Below are positions 55,603-64,000 of a stretch of DNA of 64,000 nucleotides, piece after piece; position 1 is the stretch's first letter; each line of letters begins with the position of its first letter. The position numbers were made by a program, and so were the translations under genes. The stretch is from Geosiphon pyriformis uo1. Its lineage: Eukaryota; Fungi; Glomeromycota. Under the pieces are notes generated by a model. It did no database searches, had not been told where the DNA came from, and was given only the letters and a program-made list of their open reading frames with translations. The stretch is from contig JAAOMT010000617.1 of NCBI GenBank assembly GCA_016748015.1, forward strand, positions 124,001-188,000. Reading direction: 5' to 3'.

Positions 55603-58600
55603 AAGATATCAATTTTTAAAATCGTTAATAGTCACCATATATAAGTTTCAAACATATATATTGCCGCCTTTAGCAAATACTTTTTGTTTACCACTGATGT
55701 TCATTCATTTCTTTATTTACCTAACCCGTAAAATCCCAACCGTGAAGTTCTTAAGTACTTTGTCGCAACGCAACCGAAATTGCCAAACTAAGCCGTGTCC
55801 CCCTTTGTTCCTGTAAATGTTACGACATCCCTTCGCAAGAAAGGCCAAATTCCGAATAGCCATCTTCCTTGGCCGTCTACTCCTCGAAAACGTCATTAGA
55901 TTGGCAAATTGACCATGGAAATTATTTGCTATGACAGCACAGCTCGAAAAATGCATCCAGGCTTCGGAGTCAGCCAACGAACTAACCGGGATGAGCTTTC
56001 AAGGCTTGGCTACATTACCATTCTGCCCAAGCATCTTTCTCTCCTCACTGAAAGCTCAAAGGAGAACATGGCTATTACAACTAGCGTAAGGTCGTATTCT
56101 CCTACGAGACAGCAGTGCAGATGTTTGGAGGCACCTATTTGGCATGGTTTCATGATAGCATCAATGGCGAAGCACTCTTCAAGCCGCACATTTGGCGGTG
56201 ATCAGCAAAGGTGGCAAGATGAGGTTTTATGTATTTATAGAAAATCTGAACCGTCATATCTATCATTAAATACCTTTATGAGAATACGACCAGGAAATAT
56301 TGGTGTCAATGGACATTCCAGCAGGATAAACCCATTGAGAATAATTTGGCATATGTCTTGTAAGGTTTTTATTGAGCAAGTCTCCCAGCGGAGGTGATTC
56401 TTTCTAATATTCACAGCATGTACTCAAACTTGTAAAGAGGCCATACTACATATTAATTTTTTATACTATAGCACTGATATTAAGATATCTTAAAAATGGT
56501 AGCTCAATAATCAGACATCATTTGTGATAAAACTTTTTTGTTTTTCTGCAAAAAATTTTTATGAAACCAATTATTTTATTCAAACATTTGAAAAATATAT
56601 TAGTCAAATTCAATGATTTAAATTTTTTTCACAATATTCAACTTTTTTAAATTGGTTCTGGATTTTTTCTTCTAAAAAAACTTATTAAACTCAAAAAATA
56701 TATAAACATAAAATTTTTTGCTTTAGACTGATAAATTTTCTTAGATGGATTGTTTTTTAATTTTTTATGTTGAGTGCTTATTGTCAGAGTAGTAATCTTG
56801 GCAAATATTTTGAATCATAGTAATAATAATAAATAAAATAAAATTTTAAATGTTTTTTTTGGAGTTGAATATCAATTATTAAAAATATCGAAATTGTAAG
56901 CAAAATAAAATAATTACAAGTTTAAATAACAAGAACAAAAATATTTCAAAAGATTTTGTTGGTGGTCTTATAGAAATGTTATTATTTTATTATTTATTCA
57001 CACATATTTCTAAATAGTTTCTTGAAAATTCATAAAATAAGCGTTAAACAAGAGGATAAATTTAATTAGGAAAATAGACTAATTCTTTTAAGAAGTAAAG
57101 TAAATTAAGATAAATCAAAATTACTGAAGAAAAAGTTTTCGAGAACGAAAATATGTAAATTACTCACCACCACCCACGCTATGTTCACAAAAAGAAAATT
57201 TTGTGATATCTCGTCTTCTATATCTCCATATATGTTTGATAGTATAGCATCTTACCAAATCATTCTTTATCGACTAGTACTAATGCGTTTGTCGACAGTC
57301 TTAGAGCACTGAATGGTACCAACTTATTTCTTCTATCTTCCCAGTCGGCTTTGCTTTAAACAGTGGCTTTGAAATATACAACAATCTTTTCTAATACCAT
57401 ATCTTCACTACATTCCATTGAATATGAAATAGTGAAAACGTTATTTGAATTGAGGAGCCGTCAGACTCTCAAGAATAAAAAGAATTGAATTATTATAAAA
57501 TTCCAAAGGTGTATTTGCCATTTTTCACAAAACTTCCAACAGTATTAATTAAGGAAAATGGGAAAAAATAGAGGGTATTAGCAGATAGAGGGTTCGTTTT
57601 TAATAAAGCAATTTCATCTCTTTGAGTACTATCAAATAGTCGTTTAAAATATTTCAGGATGTAAACATTCAAATAGAAAGAAATTATGATTAAAATAAAG
57701 AATATGAATATCAAAATTAATGAAACGTAATAGAATGGTTTGATTTTATTGAAAATTTTGGTAGAATTTCCTTGAATTCTATACATTTCAATTCGATAAG
57801 AGAAGAAAAATTGATTTTTAGCTCAATATTTGTAGATATCTAGAGATTATTATTATTATTATTTTAAAAAAGTTATAAGTTATCAACTTTTACTTGAATT
57901 TATTAATCATTTCAGGAATTTAAGAATTAATAAAAAACTATCAAAATAATAAATTTGCCTACTCTTAACCCTAGCTTTGTTATCATCATCTAGCAAAAAA
58001 AATAAAACTCCCATTTTCACATATACAGACCCAGATAAAGCTTATCGAATAAATTATATGTTTGCATTTATGGTTAATTCTGAATATAATTTTATATTGC
58101 ACAATGCGAATGAAAAAGTTTTCATTTAATGTATAATTGAGGAATATGTAATAGCCGTCAACAAATTTGTGATCCCTATTAACCGAAAATGACGTAAAAA
58201 ATCTTTACATAAGGTTTTAAGGCAAAATATTTTTACTTTGTAATAAAATTGAATCAAGATTATGTTAAGGAGCCAGATTAAATGTAAAAGTTCCCTAAAA
58301 TTTTTTTTTAAAGGCATAAAAGTTTTTATTTAGATATCATTGTTCAATTTAGTGATTCCATATTTGTGTAAAATTGAGACTAAACTATTTTTTTTAAAGG
58401 AGTTGAAAGCTTGAGAATTGAAGACTATAGCTAGATTGTTAAGTTTTATTTTGGTGCAAAAATTAAAGACTATAGCTGGACTGTTAAGAGCTATTGTGGC
58501 GCAAATATTCTGTAGCTTCTTAAACAAGTTATTTTATCATTATAAATATACAGTATTTAGACAAAAATAAAAAAAATTTAGTTATAAAATATTACAAGCA

Positions 58601-59509
58601 AAACTTATCACACTTAATGCTGTTCATCTTTCATAAAATTATAATCAATGACAATAATTTTTTTTTTGAAATCTTTTCCACTATGATGCTTTTCTTTACA
58701 GAGATAATTTGTCTCAAAATCAGTTCATTTCATTGTAATTGCTTTTATAATAATAAGGAAGATTTTTTCATGTTAATTTATAGATAAAATTCATAAAACT
58801 ATTTCTAAACAATGTTTAATTATATTGGTGCTTATGCATTTAGACTGTTACGCGAAAAAGTCACAACTTTAGGTTTTCATTTAAACTTAAATAGCAATAA
58901 GACAATGATATTTCAGTTCTAGACGATCTCTACCCGTTTAAGCAATCTAGATAAGGGATTGTGTGTTTTCAGAACTTTCTATCTTTTCCGATTTCTTCAA
59001 GGCCTAGCCTTTTCAGGAATGAGATTAGAGGTTGAAATCCTTATTTATTAGTAAGACGACTCTTTAAAAATCCTTCTTTACCCATACAAATTATTCAAGG
59101 GTTAATAATCTATTTGTGTTGCTTGAAAATTATGTCTTCAACCTCATCAACTCAAAACGCGACTTCAACCCTCGACTGGCTTGAAGGAACATTGATTGTC
59201 ATGAAAGAAAATTTGGCCATTTTTCCAGCTACTGAATATTCAAAAGTTGCTGAATTAGTGGAAAAATATCTTGTGCGCAATCAGCAAACACCTGAAGATT
59301 TGTTCAATTGCTTGAATAATAAAAATTCAAAGCGTTCGATAGATTATGTTTTACTCGGCTTTTCATTAGAACATGGGATTGGAACCATTCCTAGTTTAAA
59401 AAAAGCATTTCTAGAATTTCAGAAAGCAGCAAATGCAAAGAATTCTCTTGGACAATTCTTTTTAGGATGTTGTTATGATAACGGAACTGGTACTTTACAA
59501 GATTGAGGA

Positions 59510-60800
59510 AAAGCATTTGAACTTTATTCAAAAGCAGCAGAGGCGGAACATTTAGATGCACAATGCAATCTTGCACTTTGTTATGCTATTGGAGAAGGAA
59601 CGACGAGAAATTTAGAAAAAGCATTTGAACTTCTTTCAAAAGCAGCAGAGGCGGGACATATAAATGCACAAAACTGTCTTGCACTTTGTTATGCTAATAG
59701 AGAAGGAACGACGAAAAATTCAGAAAAAGCATTTGAATTTTATTCAAAAGCAGCAGAGGGGGGAGGTTTAAATGCACAATATAATCTTGCACTTTGTTAT
59801 GCTAATGGAGAAGGAACGACGAAAAATTCAAAAAAAGCATTTAAACTTCTTTCAAAAGCAGCAGAGGCGGGACATTTAAATGCAAAAAACAGTCTTGCAA
59901 ATTGTTATGCTATTGGAGAAGGAACGGCGAGAAATTCAGAAAAAGCATTTGAACTTTATTCAAAAGCAGCAGAGGCGGGACATTTAGATGCATAATGCAA
60001 TCTTGCACTTTGTTATGCTATTGGAGAAGGAACGACAAAAGATTCAGAAAAAGCATTTGAACTTCTTTCAAAAGCAGCAGAGGCGGGACATATAAATGCA
60101 TAATTTAATCTTGCGCTTTGTTATGCTAATGGAGAAGGAACGACGAGAAATTCAGAAAAAGCATTTGAACTTTATTCAAAAGCAGCAGAGGCGGGACATA
60201 TAAATGCACAATTTAATCTTGCAATTTTTTATAAAAATGGAGAAGGTACGACGAGAAATTTAGAAAAAGCATTTGAACTTTATTCAAAAGCAGCAGAGGC
60301 GGGAGATTTAGAGGCACAATACAATCTTATATTGTGCATTTTGATTTCCCGCCTCTGCTGTTTTTAAATAGAATTGAAATGTTTCTTCTAGATTTTTCAC
60401 TATTTCCCATCCATTTCGATTATATGTTCCAATACTGGTTCGTTGACTCGGATTTCCCACTTTTTCCAGATCTTCCGTTGTTTCCAATCGATTTCGATAA
60501 TATGCTCTAAGAACCATTTTTGCAAGAATACTTCCCGCCTCTGCAGCTTTTGAATAAAGTTCAAATGCTTTTTCTAAATTTTTCGTCGTTCCTTCTCCAT
60601 TATAATAACAAAGTGCAAGACTGTATTGTGCATTTAAATCTCCCGCCTCGGCTGCTTTTGAATAAAGTTTAAATGCTTTTTCTGAATTTCTTGTCGTTCC
60701 TTCCCCATTAGCATAACAAAAGTGCAACTTTGGATGGTGTTATCAAAATGGATGGGGAACCACAAAAAACCTCCAAAAAGCATTTGAACTCTATTTAAAA
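59510..60800 (+). repeat. 108-bp tandem Sel1-coding repeats of very high DNA identity
   Basis: The AAAGCATTT(G/A)AA anchor recurs at 59510, 59618, 59726, 59834, 59942, 60050, 60158 and 60266. Further units lie in the inverted block and one follows it. Confidence 0.97.
60327..60727 (-). other. 401-bp inversion inside the Sel1 array
   Basis: The forward frame stops at ...AQYN, the minus-strand ORF 60308-60727 continues the repeats, and the forward strand resumes at FGWCYQNGWGTT. There is TT/AA microhomology at the junctions. Confidence 0.9.
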
Positions 60801-62352
60801 GCAGCGGGAGCAAATAACTTATGTTATCGAAGTGATTTTCCTGATTTGAATATCCATGACCTTACTTTAAAGGATCAAGACAATCTTGAATATATCATTT
60901 TACGATTCCAAAATCGAGGCTTTAAATATTTAGATAATTTGAAACGAGAATTTTTAAATTTTGAAGCCTTCTTTGACCAGCTTTCAGATGAATTCAAGTG
61001 TTTTAAATGTGGCAACTTGGGTATAATCATTAATGGATCTCCTATATGTCCGTTTTGTAATACTGATAAAAGTGATGATACCTTTAAAGTCGGATTGCCG
61101 AAATGTCTAGAATGCTACAGTGCATTAAAAGATCCAGTTTGGTGTAAATCTTGTGAATCATCACGATTTTTAAAGATTTGGGGAACATGGAATAGTGGAA
61201 ATGATAATATTGATCAGTATATACTATATACACAACTCTCTTCTGAAAACTGGAGAGGCTGCCTGGAATGGATTTCTCCCGACGAGATTATATGTTTAGA
61301 TCAGGTAGGAGCGGGAGGATTTGGCATTGTTAAAGAAGGTAGATGGGAGAACGGTAGAATTCTATTATGGGACAATAAAATTCAAAAGTATGAACGAACT
61401 GGGGTTACAAAGGTTGCTTTGAAATATCTTAAAGATAGCCAAAATATAAAATATATTAATTCACATGAGGTATTTCCTTTTAAGAAATCTATGTGATTTT
61501 TATTATCCCTATTTCTTTTCTAACACTAAAACTATATTTGTTATAGTTTATTGCGCATCATCAAAGTGCCACTTGCAAATACATCCTTGAATGCTATGGG
61601 ATCACAAAAGATATTACAACCGATGAATATGTTATGGTTTTACCATTTGTGGAACACGGAGACCTCAGAGCTTTTCTCAAGAACGAAACCACTCTTACTT
61701 GGGAAATGTTTCTTCGTATTCTTTTTCAAATTTCCAGTGGCTTAAGGTTTATACATGAATCAGAACTATTGCAAGGGGACTTGCATCCTGGAAATATCCT
61801 TGTTTTGAAAACAAACCCCGTAAAAGTTGTCATTTCTGATCTTGGACTCTGTCGTCCTGCGGATTACGTTCTACAGTGTAACGACATCTTTGGTGTTGTT
61901 GAATACTTAGCGCCCGAAGTTTGTAACTTGTCGCCACATACCAGGCACAGCGATATTTATAGTTGTGCCATCATTTCCTGGGAAATTATTTCAGGGAAAA
62001 GACCATGGAATGATGTTAAAAATCGTATGTAAATTCAATTAGATATAATTCGGGGAGAACGCCCTATAATCGAAAAGTATACACCTCAATGTATTCAGGA
62101 AATGATTGAAAAAAATTGGGATGATAAATCGCATTGCCGTGATAGTGCAGAAGAACTTCAACAAAGAGTTATTGATGCTCGCTATAATTGTAACTTAAAT
62201 GAATCTGTTTGGGAAAAAAAACTTAATTCCAAAGAGATACAAAGTGCTATCTATGATACGACAAGATATAAAAGTCAAAGCATCTCAAAACCCACATTTT
62301 CTACAAATGGTAAGCTTTTCATTTATTATTATTTAATCGGTGGATGAATCTA

Positions 62353-62922
62353 GTTGTAACAACCTGTTACATGAAACAACCTCCAATATAGCTTCAATTA
62401 GGATCGGAAATTTTATATTTTTATTGGACAAATTAAAGTTGGATCATTAATTTCACTAGAAATAAATGCAATGTTTAGTTATTGCAAAGTAAGAAATATA
62501 CAAATAATTGACTAAATCTTACCTAATTTTGACATCTTGCACTATTGTGTCCTGAAAGACCACATCTACTACAAGTGTATTTTGTGCGTGGTTTTCCTTT
62601 TTTTTCAGTAGCAGACTTATAATGTTTAGTTTTTCTTGTGACTTAGGCACTGTTTAAAACAAAAAAAACTTCTTGTTGTGCAAGAATGAAAGCAGTTACA
62701 CCAAAAATTTTGATGTGTTTTTATACTACAATATACAGATGGCACGCGTCAAATTCAAAAACCATATGATGTTATATATGTGATTTATTTTTAATTAATG
62801 AAAATGATTAATATTACATAATTTAAAATTGATCGACGAAACAAATAAAGTCACGTGTCACAATATTAAATCACGTGCTTTTCCGAGGTTGTCACAAATT
62901 TTTTTTGTAACAGGTTGTTACA
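62353..62922. mobile_element. Non-autonomous TIR element (MITE-like, TGT...ACA ends; a solo LTR is not excluded) in the probable last kinase intron
   Basis: TGTAACAACCTGTTACA (62355-62371) and TGTAACAGGTTGTTACA (62906-62922) form a perfect inverted repeat, with an inner IR ACAACCTC/GAGGTTGT. AATCTA flanks both sides (62347-62352 and 62923-62928). Confidence 0.8.
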
Positions 62923-63810
62923 AATCTATTAATCCCTTAATCGGTAAGATTTTTTTTAATATAAAGGCCTTTTTTCAGAGTTGGATTTGACGTTTGGTTA
63001 AGTTATCAATGATGGATTAACATATGGCAAGTATACGACAAGTTCTGATTAAATAGGACGAAATCAGTAAGCACTTTAATAATTATATTAATTGTTTTTA
63101 TTAATATTTAGCTTAGAACAGATAAAAAATTTGAGAGAGGAATCAGTTTTTTATTTATTGTTTAAAAATATAGTATAGACTCTCATATATAGTTTCATTT
63201 TTTAAAAGAAGTTTACCTTCATTTTCGAGTTTGAGGATTATTGACTGTAAAGCGTTTCCTTTTCAGGAAATTTATATATAAATATATTTATAATATTAAT
63301 GGGTGGTCATATGAATATTTTCATCATTGATCAAATTAATAAGAATGATTTATTGTTTAACTTGGTATTCAATATTTTGTTTCTAAAATATTGAGACTTA
63401 AAGAATTTCTTAAAAACACAACAATTCCACTTTCATATTAAATTATTACTATAATATTATACAATAAAATGGTAAGATTGAATAGAAAGAGAGAACGTGT
63501 ATTTTTTTGTTATATTTTCATAATTTATTAATTGCTTCATATATATTTCTTTAATCAGTATTATTTTTTAGTGAACCTTTACTTTTCAACGCTGAAGTGG
63601 CAGTGGCCAAAACCTACTGCATTCTTTTACCCTACTATCTGCCGCTAATATCAAGCATTTTGAATCTTTTATGCCGATTTTAATCTTTTTAGTGTCCAAC
63701 ATGCAAAAGAGTTGAAGATTTAATAGAATAGTAATGTTAATATCTTTAGTGAGGATATTCCACAATTCGTGATGGAATTTTAAAAAATTTCAAATAAAAT
63801 AGCTTATATA

Positions 63811-63842
<32 letters not shown>
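63811..63842. repeat. (ATT)n microsatellite
   Basis: Directly visible run, followed by a 12-bp duplication (atcaacccactt twice). Confidence 0.85.
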
Positions 63843-64000
63843 CAACCCACTTATCAACCCACTTATCATTCCTTTAACGAGCCTCGCTTTGATTTCAATA
63901 ATTTTGAAAAATCAATTTCATTACTCGGTTTTATTAAAAATGAATGAATTAAATTCCAACTTTAAGTAATAATGTGGTATGAATACCCTTTAAATATTTA

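Larger units (their letters stand above)
59132..63001 (+). pseudogene. Sel1-repeat + CxxC + tyrosine-kinase-like protein kinase gene, disrupted
   Basis: SLR array, then CFKC..CPFC and CLEC..CKSC, WNSGNDNID, GAGGFGIV, VALK, GDLHPGNIL, ISDLGL, YLAPEV and SDIYS. Stops at 59504, 59993, 60101 and 62030, inversion at 60327-60727, intron from 61470, and a tentative last exon at 62979-63001. Confidence 0.9.

Noticed and set aside
57493-58527. Short minus-strand ORFs with hydrophobic stretches
   Set aside because: AT-driven composition with no motifs or splice support.
60308-60727. Independent minus-strand Sel1 gene
   Set aside because: It has no ATG start, and it is the inverted internal segment of the plus-strand gene.
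63841-63867. Telomere-like repeat
   Set aside because: Only two copies of a 12-mer, and not TTAGGG.

Overview
This is AT-rich, intron-containing fungal DNA. The Sel1-repeat and Sel1-kinase genes, TE types and gene style point to Glomeromycotina, plausibly Geosiphon-like (inference, not searched). From left to right: the 5' half of a decayed Ty3/Gypsy element on the minus strand (LTR 3270-4008, PBS, gag, protease, start of RT); LINE debris; a mitochondrial-type adenylate kinase; and a large ZNFX1/NFX1-type SF1 helicase whose Walker A/B motifs are degenerate. Next is a ~14 kb G/C-starved desert of eroded TEs (about 14.6-28.6 kb) holding a young pogo-like transposon with TIRs and a TA target duplication. 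A gene-rich block follows: kelch-type membrane protein, Sel1 protein, cytochrome P450, NSUN-type m5C RNA methyltransferase, MIF-like protein lacking Pro1, two tandem Thr-rich GPI-type proteins, a DUF262/ParB-like protein and a SAM methyltransferase. The window ends with a Sel1-repeat/kinase pseudogene whose near-identical 108-bp repeats vary at a few codons, carry an in-register 401-bp inversion and several premature stops, and with a TIR element in its probable last intron. Gene models were spliced by eye and no database searches were run.
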